Shown here piece by piece: positions 52,001 through 64,000 of a DNA stretch of 64,000 nucleotides. Each line of letters opens with the position of its first letter. The stretch's first letter is position 1. The DNA comes from Octopus sinensis (taxonomy: Eukaryota): assembly GCF_006345805.1 (NCBI RefSeq), contig NC_043000.1, positions 136,214,001 to 136,278,000 on the forward strand, in the 5' to 3' direction. The notes beneath the pieces were generated by a model. It did not search any database. It worked only from the letters and a program-made list of their open reading frames with translations, and was not told where the DNA came from. The translations under genes and the position numbers were made by a program.

Positions 52001-52119
52001 ACTTTTTCACAGATACCTCTTTCACCTATACATTCCCCAATGCCTTTGATTGTTTGCCAATACATCAAGCTCTTTCTGAAATAAAAAAATAATAGATTAT
52101 CAGATTTAACTCAAACACA

Positions 52120-52161
<42 letters not shown>

Positions 52162-52195
52162 CGTAAAATATATAGAGGGTACTGAGTGCAATATA

Positions 52196-52446
52196 TTGGG
52201 TTGGTGTATATATATTGCGGCTTTTTTTCAACAAATTTTATTCAACAAAAACAATAACAATATATAACAAAAACATTTTTAAATGACAGTCTGATCATCT
52301 GCCAAGCAAATGGGAAACAGTAATTGAAGTAGATGGTGAATATGCTCTGGAATAGTCATTTAAAGATGTTTTTGTTACATGATGTTATTGTTTTTGTTGA
52401 ATAAAATTTGTTGAAAAAAAGCCGCAATAATTATGCACCAACCCAA
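52196..52446. mobile_element. Mariner-derived MITE with about 90-bp TIRs
   Basis: TA|TTGGGTTGGTG... and ...CACCAACCCAA|TG. The core encodes the transposase C-terminus LPSKWETVIEVDGEY. Confidence 0.88.
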
Positions 52447-52673
52447 TGTATGAATGTATAGTTTGTTTTTATTCTTTAATAAAAGCACTTTTACATTAAA
52501 TCGAATACATTTGGTGGAGTATAAATTATTATTCTTTAACAGGAATAGTATCAACAGTGATTCCAAAGTTTTAGCTGGCTAAGTTATCAGCAGACTCTAA
52601 TTAATCTTGACTTATATAGTATCATATCCATATATATATATGTATATATATATATTATACTATATATATAGAT

Positions 52674-52716
<43 letters not shown>

Positions 52717-53015
52717 CTGTCCCAACCATGCTATCATGGAAGGTGGACGTTGAACAACGATAATGATGATTCTATATGTGGGTTGTGTGTGTGTGTGTGT
52801 GTGTGTTTGTGGTCCACAGATGAGCTCCAGATATTCTCAGTATAGAAGACAGTAGTGCTCAAAAGATTCAAACTTAAGACTCCAAATGTCTTTACAAGGA
52901 ATTGATTCCACAGAGTATATAATGGCTATAAGAGGGATCAAGTTGAGCAGATATAGATAAAACAAATTAGATGCATCAGATATATCAAATATATTATACA
53001 TCAAATACAAAATAA

Positions 53016-53070
<55 letters not shown>

Positions 53071-54080
53071 CACACACACATATATATATATATATAAATG
53101 CAAAATGAGAGGAAGCAAAGGTGGATTTTTTCAGATGATGAATACTTAAATATAATTACATAGATGAAAATATTTATATATTTATACTTAAATATTCATT
53201 GTCTCAATGTCTCCACCTTTTTGCTTTCCCTCCTTTGCAAGTAAACATATACACATATTTTGTTGTGTATACATACACATTCATATACAGATTTATGTAC
53301 AGACAGACAGACACACAGGCAGACAGACAGACAAACAGACACACATACACACAAGCTGGCTGTATAATGGTAAAGGTAAAGACGTTTGCCCAATATGCCA
53401 AGTAGTGAGACAAAATTCTTGATCTCATGAATCTGAAGCAAATATTTTAACTACACACTCACGTCTGCATCTGAAGAATAACAAAAACAACAATAACCTG
53501 ATCTTTCAACTATGTCAGTCATTTGTTTGGCTACTCTCATGCAAGAGACTACTTCATCACAGTTGCCTTTAGTTAACCAGCAAATCCATTAACAAAACCA
53601 CTAACACCAACACCAATGCTGCCATCCTTGAAACAGAACCTAAAACTGCATCTATACTTAGTATTGTGAGTCATTCTCCAGAGTGTTTAGTTGGATGCAG
53701 CCATGCCATAGTCTAATTAATCAAGACTGTCTTTGGTTAGCAAACAATAACATAAGCATCAACAACAACAACAATAAAACTGATACTGTTAAGTTCACAC
53801 TCATCATTAACAATAAACAAATAATGTGTCCTTTCTCATACGCTAAATGGAGCTGGTGAAATACTAACAAAATATATCAAACTCAGAAACGAAGGAGAAA
53901 TATAAACAGATGGCAGTTTTTGTGTTAGATGGGCTTTTAAAAGGTACTCTCTTATTCCAAATTTCTGTATATAATATATGAGCATTCATATAAATACAGG
54001 CATACACATCTACAGATATACTGACATAAATATTTGTATATATATATATGTGTGTGTACATAAACATACATATACGTGTA

Positions 54081-54165
<85 letters not shown>

Positions 54166-54515
54166 CTAAGGGTTTAGCAACAAGTTGCTTCGTACATACC
54201 GAAAATTTAGAAATAGCAGCCAAAGGACCGTTAATTCCTTTCACTACAAATATGACTCCACAGACAACGATATTTGTAACTCACATAGGTAAAAAGGAGA
54301 GAAAATAACGAAATCAAACAGTCTTTGATTAATTATGGACACGTTTCTGGATTAGAATTATAAAAATTCCTTTCCTTTATCAACATAAATAATTAATAAT
54401 TCTTTACCCTATATCTGTAATGATTATATATGTATATGTATACATACATATATACATATATTTATATATATATATATATATAACATATATATATATATAT
54501 AAGCATATATAAACA

Positions 54516-55210
54516 TATGAGAAGGTACCCAAAAGTAATTGGAAACGTTCTCTATGTGGCAGATCCATTGTTGTTCAGGCTTCTGCTGCTAGAAGTCACT
54601 AGATGTGATCCTCAGTCATCAGTCTATGGACCAGTGACTTTGTGTGAAGTCATACAGCCATGTAGCACTTCTCTCCTTTTCGTTGATTTTTGCACTGGCT
54701 GAAATGAAGGAACAGTGTGCTTCCAAGAAATTCTGTTTTCCCATGAGGCAAACGGTGGCCAAAACAGTTGTCATGCTTCAAACATTTTACAAAGATGTTG
54801 CCATGAGCAAAGCAGAAGTTTACGAGTGGTTTCCACACTTTAGGAATGGTCACTCATCGCTTGAAGACCTACCTTGTCCAGGATAGCCATTGACCTCCTG
54901 AATGAATAAAAATGTTATGAAAATTCATGAATTGATCTTGGAGGACCATCACTGAACAAATGATGAACTTGTTAATATGACTGATGTGTCCTGGAGCTCC
55001 TGCCAACGAATAACGAATTTTGGGTGAGGAATTATGAATGAAAAGAGTTACAGCAAAATCTGTACCTCTCTTGCTTACGTAGAAGAAAAAAATGACAGAA
55101 GCATTAAAAGGCATCATTTTGCAAGTGTTGCAACACTGCTTCGAAAAGTGAAAAACACATTTGGACTGATACATTACTTAGAATGGAGAATACTTTGAAG
55201 GTGATAAAAG
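54516..55210 (+). mobile_element. Internally deleted mariner remnant
   Basis: MKEQCASKKFCF...MSKAEVYEWFPHFRNG..LEDLPCPG, MKRVTAKSVP, then a C-terminal fragment. Confidence 0.8.
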
Positions 55211-55222
55211 TGTAAACATGTA

Positions 55223-55788
55223 TTGTATTGTCCAGAAAGTTCGTGCCGATTTTTAAAGGAAAGAAAAAGACCAATAAATACTTACCATTACATTTTTAAT
55301 CAACCAAATATGAACCATTTTGTTGCACAATGCATCTCCATCTTTCCTTTAACTTGAAAATACCCTCTTCCCAGAATTCAGGTGGTTTCATGGCAAAGAA
55401 TTCATCAAGGTATCTTTATATGTCAGCCAAGGAATTGAAATGTTTACCATTAAGACTATTCTGCAGAGACCTGAATAAGTGGAAATCCGAAGGAGCAATA
55501 TCTGGTGAAAATGGAGGGTGGGGTAACACACCACAGCTGAGCTGCAGCAATTTTTTGTCTAGTTCCCAAAGCATCAAGTGCCGAAAATGAACTTTCTTAT
55601 CTTCCATTTTAAAGGGTTACAGAATTAACACAGGTTATAGAAACACAAACCTTCTTCACGAAAGGATAGCTTAAACTGTGCCCTAAATGGAGGTGTAGTC
55701 AAATCCTATTGTATGGACTCAACCATATTCTAAAACAAGTCGAAAGGTAAGCTACTATAAATCGGCACGAACTTTCTGGACAACCCAA
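55223..55788 (-). mobile_element. Mariner deletion derivative with intact ends
   Basis: 30-bp TIRs TTG(GG/TA)TTGTCCAGAAAGTTCGTGCCGATTT with TA flanks. MEDKKVHFRHLMLWE is fused in frame to LPHPPFSPDIAPSDFHLFRSLQNSL. Confidence 0.92.
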
Positions 55789-57049
55789 TACATTTTTGCC
55801 ACTCTTAGGTTGGCAAGCAGTTCTTCTACCACAGAGCAAATTGTCATCATCATCATCAACAGCACCACAAGCTCACATCTGTACTTCTTCTCAAAACTTT
55901 TTTGCAGAGAGAGAAGCATGAGTAATAGAGACATAAATGATAGTGATGAGAAGGATGTGTGATCGAAGTATTCAGCATTCTGAGATAGACATAAAGGTGA
56001 TGATGATGATGTGATCATGATGAATGTGACGACGACGACGACGGCGATGACGACGCCGACTGCGACGCCGACGCCGACTGCGACGCCGACGCCGACTGCG
56101 ACGCCGACGCCGACGATGACGACTTACTTTTCCATACTTGCTACATATCCCTCCAGCCTTCACTTGGCTCGTGCTCTAAGCACAGTGCATCCGTTTTGCA
56201 TTACCATGCTGCATTAGTATTTTAAACATGAGCATTATGTAATCTGCTCTTCATTCAGAAAGATAGAGAGGGAGAAATTCATTATTGCTAGCAGAGGTAA
56301 TTTCTCTCTGAATTTTCCCAATCCCATACGATCTACTTTCAAGATATACATCTCCACAGCTAATTAGATCATTTAAATGACAGCAGCTACCAATTACATC
56401 AAGTGAGCTTTTAAGTATTTGAAAGGATTAATTTGATGGACATTCTCACAGCTAACTGCTCTGTTGCATATACTAAATATAAAGATTTCTTCTGTTAACC
56501 TGCTTGTGTTTCCACTCTGATTGTTGCTTTACATTTGCTATGAACTACATAGTTTCTACCTATTTCTTATATTGATTGTGGTCATCTACATGTCTTCTAC
56601 GAATGCAAACTTTTCTCCTGTTAGGGTTACTTTGAAGCCCTTTGATTTTAGGTACAGACTCCACACTGGAATTTTTTCTCTAATTCTATGAAAGATTCAA
56701 CTCTTAAAGGTGGTTCATTGATTTATAAGAGTTCTCCAAAACAGCCTGTTGTAAACACCTCTGTTAAGAACTATAATAATCTGGGGGCGATGTGGGAAGA
56801 TAACTGAGATTTGACAGATACCTTTTTACTTGTTAAGTTTCTGGCTAACTCTCATCTTACTGATAACATCACTGTACAGGGTTTACAAAGCCCTCACAAG
56901 CTACTCATCCACTCCTAATTTCTCAATTTTTATCAACAGCCAGACTTCAGAGCGAGTGAACCTCTCAAAGGCCTTTATAGGTCAAATCATACTAGATATA
57001 GTGGCTTACTCTAACTAGATATAGTGGCTTACTAATCGTCCATACTCTC

Positions 57050-57648
57050 AACAATGCGCCCTTAAATATGGTTTCTGATTACAAATATCTTGGGTCATAC
57101 ATATCATCATCTGGAAAAGACTTTCTAACTATAAAGAGTATGGCCTGGTCAGCCTGTAATGACATGCATAAAATCTGGTCATCAAATCTAAGTAGAGACT
57201 TTAAACTTGAAATCTTCAAAGCCACAGTCGAACCAATTCTACTATATGGCTCAGAAACCTGGACGTTATCAAAGAAGCTTGAGAGGCGGTTGGATGGAAC
57301 CTACACACGCCTCCTTATGAGAGCTCAAAATCTCTCGTGGAGGCGCCATCCAACCAAAATGCAAATATATGGGAAACTACCACCTGTGTCATCTCTTGTG
57401 AAAGGTAGGAGAGTCCAGTTTGCTGGACATTGTTGTAGAGCTGAAAAAGAGGCAATTTCTACTCTTCTCCTCTGGAAGCCATCTACTTGCAATACCAGAG
57501 GGCGCACACTCTCCTACCCTGATGTAATCTCCAGGGATACAGGCATCCAGCAACAAGACCTCCGTAATGCCATGATGGACCGTGAAGTCTGGCGTAGCAT
57601 GGTAAATTCCATTGTCTCGACCACGGTTGAACAATGATGATGATGACT
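57050..57648 (+). mobile_element. RTE-like LINE, 5'-truncated, with an open 189-codon 3' frame
   Basis: ORF 57068-57637 DYKYLGS...VEPILLYGSETWTL...RRVQFAGHC; (GAT)n tail. Confidence 0.9.
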
Positions 57649-57649
57649 C

Positions 57650-59030
57650 TTATCTTACCCAAGAACTTGTCTTGTAGATGTCTTACTAAAAGGAAGGCAT
57701 TAATGGCCCCCTGTCCTGGCATAAACTCAAACTATAACTTATCTTAATATTTTTTTCCTAATCAGTTGTGCTATAATTTTTTCTCTTACTTTCATAACCT
57801 GCTCCATCATTATTATATCTCTTTAGTTACAGATTTCTTGGACATCTACTTTATCCTTGTAGCAGTTGAGGATGATACTTCTATGCCAGTCATTGAGTAT
57901 AACATCTTCCCATGCTATGTGCTTGACTATGTGAATGACAAGTGCATATCCTATTTTACTGGATATTTTTTCTGCATTTCAACATCTATTCCTAATGATC
58001 TAGCTGCTTCTATATCTTATGTAATCATTTCAACCATATACTATCAATTTCATTGTTTCTTCTGTTGTATTCACATGAGCTAAATCTTTTCTCTCCCACA
58101 CATCCATATTCAGGAATTTTCCCTTGAGTCAGTGCATCTACATGATTCCATATAGGTTTTCCTTCAACGGCATCTTGATTCTTATTGAGATACTGATATC
58201 TCTTTAGTTACTGATTTCTTGGACATCTACTTTATCCTTGTAGCAGTTGATGATGAGACTTCTATGCCAGTCATTGAGTATAACATCTTCCCATGCTATG
58301 TGCTTGACTATGTGAGTGACAAGTGTATATCCTACTTTACTGGATATTCTTTCTGCATCTCCACATCTATTCCTAATGATTTAGCTGCTTCTATATCTTA
58401 TGTAATCATTTCAACCATATAACTATCAATTTCATTGTTTCTTCTGTTGTATCCACATGAGCTAAATCTTGTCTCTCCCACACATCCATATTCAGGAATC
58501 TTTCATAGTAACATTTCCATTATTTTCCCTTGAGTCAATGCGTCTACATGATTCCATAGAGATTTTCCTTCAACTGCATCTTGATTCTCATTGAGATACC
58601 GCTTTAAAATCTGGAACACCTCATCCCTTTGATACTCTCATTGCAGACCATTGCAAACCTCTTACTTTCAGATTCACATTTTGCTATATAGACTCGATGT
58701 CTTTTGACTTTTTTAGCTGATGGCATTGTTGTTTTTTTCCCCTGCTATCTTCCATTTTTTCTAGTCCTGTTCTGGATCAAACTACCATTCTATCACCATA
58801 TCACATTATGTTTGGCTGAAAGCTTACGTCATTCACAGATTTGGAATGAGGCATATGGCAAGTTGTTTTATAAAAATCCCTAATTACTTTTGTTGTTACA
58901 AGTCTTTAACTCCTCCTTCTTGACATATACATCAAATACTGCATTTTTGAATCTATGTTTGGCCAAGGGGCCTTTCAGTTTTCCTTCTGACTTCCTTTGG
59001 CTTATCCTGTGATTCTTAGTCATCGGGCTC
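57650..59030 (-). mobile_element. Older RTE LINE remnant (linker and RT N-terminus) with an internal 381-bp duplication
   Basis: ILNDWHRSIILNCYKDK and EFMPGQGAINAFLLVRHLQDKFL motifs; duplicate copies start at 57815 and 58196. Confidence 0.8.
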
Positions 59031-61004
59031 TTTATAAACACACATATACATACAATGACACACACAAATATATATATTTGTGTTTATGTATATACACATA
59101 CATGTAGCATTATGTATATTTATATATATATATATAAGTCTGTATGTGTATGTGTGTTTGATTTTGCGTGCACATATATAGATATAAAAAAAAGCACAAG
59201 TGTAAATATTGTAAATGTAAAGAAAACAAAATTCAAATATTTTGCGGCAGTCATGACTAAATGAAATAAAAATTAGAATACAACATTAATGTAGATTTCT
59301 TTTCTGTGTGTTTTTTTTTCACTTATTTCTACCAAATATATATATATACAAAAATCTGACAAAATGAAGATAGAGTAAGTAAGGAAATTTTATATGATAA
59401 TATAAAATTTTATGGTGCTTTATGAAAAACTAGATAACATTGACATTAATGTTATTTGTTGTATTAGGCATTACAGTAATTCGATGATAACTAATGTTTG
59501 TACATCACACTATGGTTTGTTACAAACCTTCAGGCTTCTCACTTGAACTATTTCCTTCTTATTCTTGTGGGAATGTTGCTTCAATTTTCTCTTTCTCTTT
59601 ACATGAAGAGATTTAAGTATGATTTAAAGGAAGTTCTGGAGAGATTTAATAGAATAGAATAAAAATTACTACCAGCAGGAAAGTGGTATAAGTATTGTTG
59701 ATGTTGTAATAAGACAGTGAGCTAGCAGAATCGTAAGAGTGCCAGGAAGCCTGAAGCTGACAAAATTGTTAGATGGTTAGTACCTTGTGGTATTATTTCA
59801 AGTCTTTAGGTTCTTATTTCAAATCTCACTAAGGTCATATTTGTGTTTTATCCTTCTGGAGTCAATACAATAAGATTGTATCTCCACTGTAGATTGGATT
59901 TAACCAAATCCAAACTACAGTGGAGAAGGCTAGCCACTGGATTTGGTTAAAAAGAGACGATGAGCGATGGCTAGAAGAATATTGAGCTTTATTTGATAAC
60001 CAGCTGATCTAGCAAACGGGGCCTCATATCAGTGAGGGGGGCTGGTGTGCATTGATGTCGAGACATAGGCCCCGAAACGGCGTGCATTTTCTCCTGATGA
60101 CCCCATACACTTGCTGGCTTCCGGTATGTGGAGGTTTTGACTCTTGCCCTCAAAACTGCTGGCCTTGTGCTTAAATTATTGACATTTATTGATGTTATAC
60201 TGACCAATGAAGGATTGAGACTGTAAGTGATTGCTTGACCAGACCTGCTAGAAACAGTAAGACAAATCTTTGTCAAAGTAAAAAAAAACATTCTCTTTAA
60301 AAATAAAGTATGCATCATATAATCAAGGCTTAGAATGTCTATGTTAGCACAAGTTGGTTGGTGGGTTGGTCATAGATAGAATGCCAGTGACTGTAGTTCT
60401 TTGTGATTAAACTATACTACACCCAATGCAACCACCACTTGCAACAACAACAACAATAAAAGCAAGAATACCAGTTTATTAATCATCAACAACTGTTATC
60501 TCCTTATAAAGATATATATGGTATTTATAAACTCTTGTTTAGCCTCAAGACTTTGATCAAACAAACGTCTGATGAGAATTATTCTGTGACAGTCTTATTC
60601 TTTTGTATAACTAGCCTTACATTGGCCTATATAGCTTACCCTTTTTAAAGATGCCTGTGTGTAATTTTAAGGTGTTTGGTTTTTATTTTTTATTTCTTAG
60701 AGTGGAAATACATTTTTATGTTTTGGTCAGAAGTGCTATTAGTAAGAGGTTATACCACTGTAGTCCATGTATTCTTGGGCTGGTACATTTTAATCAACAC
60801 TGGAAAAACGAAAGATAAATTTACCTCTATGTAACTTCTCTATCAAAGATCATGTGAATCCAAATTCTTGTGTTTTCTATCTGCGATCATCCAAGAACTC
60901 CATTAGTTAATCTAGCACAGATATCGTTCATATTCCCTTCTCTCACTATAACTCTTAAGCTAGAGGATCAGCCAGAGACATCAGAGAAGACTTCTGTTTT
61001 TGTA

Positions 61005-61315
61005 TCGGTGGCACGTAAAAGACACCATCCGAGCATGACCATTACCAGCATCGCCTTATGTTGGTGTCATGTGTAAAAGATTCAAGCGAGGTCGTTGCCA
61101 GTACCGCCTGACTGGCCCCATGCCGGTGGCATGTAAAAGCACCCACTACACTCTCGGAGTGGTTGGCATTAGGAAAGGCATCCAGCTGAAGAAACTCTGC
61201 TAGATCAAGATTGAAGCCTGGTGCAGCCATCTGGTTTGCCAGCCCTCAGTCAAATCGTCAAACCCATGCTAGCATGGAAAGCGGACGTTCAACGATGATG
61301 ATGATGATGATGATA
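61005..61315 (+). mobile_element. Repeat family G
   Basis: Family G body with (GAT)n tail. Confidence 0.8.
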
Positions 61316-61479
61316 TTTAAAGTAAACAAATTTCATAAAGTCTTGACATGTTGATTTTGGATGAATAGGCTCACCATGCCAATAGCAAGATCATTTTCCT
61401 GAAGCTAACAGAACTAGAAGACAGGGAAGATTCATTCTTGACAAGCTCCTTGTATCATCGTTGGTTAATTCCATGGTTA

Positions 61480-63130
61480 AAGCAATTTTTATCAATGACT
61501 TTGGGTCGTCTTTGGTGGATTTAAGAAAGTGTTGATGAATGGTCAAAGAATTTGGAGTTCCTCTAACAATGTCAAAAAAAAAAAAAAGAAAATCTTTTTA
61601 GCTGATAACAACCAATTTAAGATTTGTGGAGTGTGTTTAGTCACACTAGAATGGGATGGATGCTATTATGAAGCAGAAGTGTATGCTGTTGGGGTTGAGC
61701 CACTCACAGCACTGGTTGTATTAGGAATGGATGTTTTAAGATTGCACAAAGTGCTAATAATAAATCTAGATGGTAATAGGGAGCTGATCTCTGTTGGTGT
61801 TCCTCTTAAGAAATTAAGTTGCCAACATTTAAGCCTGCATTGATATATGCAAATTAGCATCAATCACTATGAAATCATGAAAAAATCATTGTCATCGAGA
61901 GTTCAGAAAAGGTGAATTCAAGAGAATGTTGAAAGACGGTATTATTCAAGAAAGTAGAAGTATGTGGCATGCATAGTCATTTGTCATGTCAAGAGGGAAT
62001 ATGTTAGGGTGAGCAGTTGACTACTTCAACACTATAAATCGCTTTTCTCCCATTAACACTTATCCTGAAGTTAGCATTTATGATTTACTTGAATCATTAC
62101 TTCTCTACTACCAACTTGATAGAAGCCTACCACCAAATTCCATTCTGTGAAGAGGATTTTCACTTGACAGCTTTTGAAGACTGTAACAAACTGTTTGAAT
62201 TTTCTTGCCTATGCTTACCATTCAGGTGTACCAAGACTGTTGTTATATTTCAGCACATTATGGATTCATTCATTTATGATAATTCTCTTCAAAAGACCAA
62301 TTCTTACATTGACATCATTTCGGAGGTGAAACAAAAGAAGAATTGAAAGGCAGCAAGCTGGCAGAAACGTTAGCATGCCAGGCGAAATGCGTAGCAGTAT
62401 TTTGTCTGTCTTTACATTCTGAGTTCAAATTCCGCCGAGGTTGACTTTGCCTTTCATCCTTTCGGGGTCGATAAATTATGTACCAGTTATGCACTGGGGT
62501 CGATGTAATCGACTTAATCTTGTTTGTCCACTCTATGTTTAGCCCCTTGTGGGCAATAAAGAAAAAGAAACAAAAGAACATGGTTATGGTTTACCCAAAT
62601 CTCAGCAGGCATCTGGGCAAGCTGGTATGCAATTTAACAAGTCAAAATACCTTGGCGTAAAATCCATCTGCTTCCAAGGGCATGTGATAGAGAAAGTAAT
62701 GCCTAAACTAGATGCAGAAAGATATCAGACATTAATGAACTTGAATAATACAACAGGAGTTGAACCATTTAATTGGATTATTTGCATAATAAGCTAAGTG
62801 GATTTTGAATTTTTCAGAACCAACCATGCATTTAACAAACAATTTAGTAACTATTGATAAAGTGAGTTTACCTCCAGCGCCCATGGATGCCATATTAAAA
62901 CTCAAATAAGAACCTGTGAAATCAAGTCTGGTGGCTCCAGACCTTGGCTGGCCATTCCTTGTAGTGACAGATGCTACTGATGTGGCATTGGGTGGGGTGT
63001 TATCTCAGGATTGAAGGCCAGTGGCATTCTATAGCTGAACACTTCAAAATGCCACCAGACACAAATCAGTCATAGAAAAGGAATCTGAAGTGTTGCAGAT
63101 GCTGGCAACATCTTATAATTGCCATATCCT
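61480..63130 (+). mobile_element. Ty3/Gypsy pol remnant (protease, RT, RNase H)
   Basis: VVLGMDVL (protease), NLIEAYHQIP..EDFHLTAF...FQHIMD (RT), PFLVVTDATDVALGGVLSQ..RPVAF (RNase H); many stops and frameshifts. Confidence 0.88.
62347..62565 (+). mobile_element. SINE family B inserted in Gypsy RT
   Basis: Complete family B copy. Confidence 0.88.
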
Positions 63131-63535
63131 CTGCATCCAATGCATACTTTATTTTTAAAGAGAATGGTTTTTTTTTACTTTGACAAAGATTTCTCTTACT
63201 GTTTCTATCAGGTCTGGTCATGCAATCACTTACAGTCTCAATCATTCATTGGTCAATAAGTGTCAATAATTTAAGCATGAGGCCAGCAGATTTGAGGGTA
63301 AGAGTTAGATGATGCTGTCAACCCCCAAGCCTTTTTGTTGAATAGGACAAAAATCTCAAAACTACAAAATGAAAAATATTTTTCTTGAAGATTGTAGCTT
63401 AGTAACCTCTGCTTGACCCTTAAGAATAGATCAGTTTCAAACCACATTCTACAGTTTTGCAAAGTTGCAAAAAAGCGTGTGTGTGTGTGTAAGGGGCGTG
63501 TGAGAGAGAGGGAGTGAGGAAGGGAGAGAAAAATA

Positions 63536-63679
63536 GAAGAAGAAGAAGAAGAAGAAGAAGAAGAAGAAGAAGAAGAAGAAGAAGAAGAAGAAGAAGAAGA
63601 AGAAGAAGAAGAAGAAGAAGAAGAAGAAGAAGAAGAAGAAGAAGAAGAAGAAGAAGAAGATGATGATGATGATGATGAT
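63536..63679. repeat. (GAA)n, about 41 units, followed by (GAT)n
   Basis: Uninterrupted purine triplet run. Confidence 0.95.
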
Positions 63680-63764
63680 ATATTGAAGAATGAGGTTCTA
63701 CACAAAACAACCAAATGGTCATGACTAGAAAGGCTTTCATCATCACAGGTTTGTTCAATCAGGG

Positions 63765-64000
63765 CAGAGGTCACCAAACTATGGCCTGTGGGTTGGATTC
63801 AGTCGACAAGATCAGTTCATCCTGCCTGCTGCCACACTGTACCTTTTGTGTATGTACCTGCAATGAAAGTTCACTTGCCTCTGGTATGGCATCAGTGTTT
63901 GGGAGCAAACATTTTAAAAAATGAATCATGTGAAGTTAGCACATCGTATGAGGTTGCCTGATGAACATTTGAAAGCAATTCTCTTGGTTGGATGCAGCAA
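63765..64000 (+). mobile_element. hAT (Charlie/Buster-like) deletion derivative, runs off the window
   Basis: End CAGAGGTCACCAAACTATGGCC, then VFGS..KMNHVKLAHRMRLPDEHLKAIL resembling the hAT dimerisation region. Confidence 0.7.

Noticed and set aside
60570-60600. Hammerhead at CTGATGA-GAAT-T-ATTC; also CTGATGA at about 21662, 27634, 45805 and 63958
   Set aside because: No GAAA or stem III in the right place; chance 7-mers or parts of transposase and helicase coding sequence.
63271-63777. Poly-Ser and poly-Leu ORFs
   Set aside because: Read-through of (GAA)n/(GAT)n on the minus strand.

Overview
Eukaryotic, very AT-rich, microsatellite-dense DNA with no recognisable intact host gene. It is probably intronic or intergenic. 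The repeat landscape resembles octopus (coleoid cephalopod) DNA, but that assignment is from memory, not a search. Most long ORFs in the track are microsatellite read-throughs. The window holds many nested transposon remnants: mariner/Tc1/maT, RTE LINEs, a Gypsy pol remnant, a Penelope-like element (PLE) with a GIY-YIG nuclease, Helitrons, piggyBac- and Merlin-type MITEs, a hAT fragment and several tRNA-derived SINE families (working labels A-D, G). The most notable signal is at least 14 minimal type-I hammerhead ribozyme motifs in several unrelated short elements. Most of these elements abut (TA)n tracts, and several are fold-backs. Two are near-perfect palindromes that encode a hammerhead on both strands (28094-28251, and a tandem pair at 29832-30617). 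All folds were assigned by eye and boundaries of degraded repeats are approximate.
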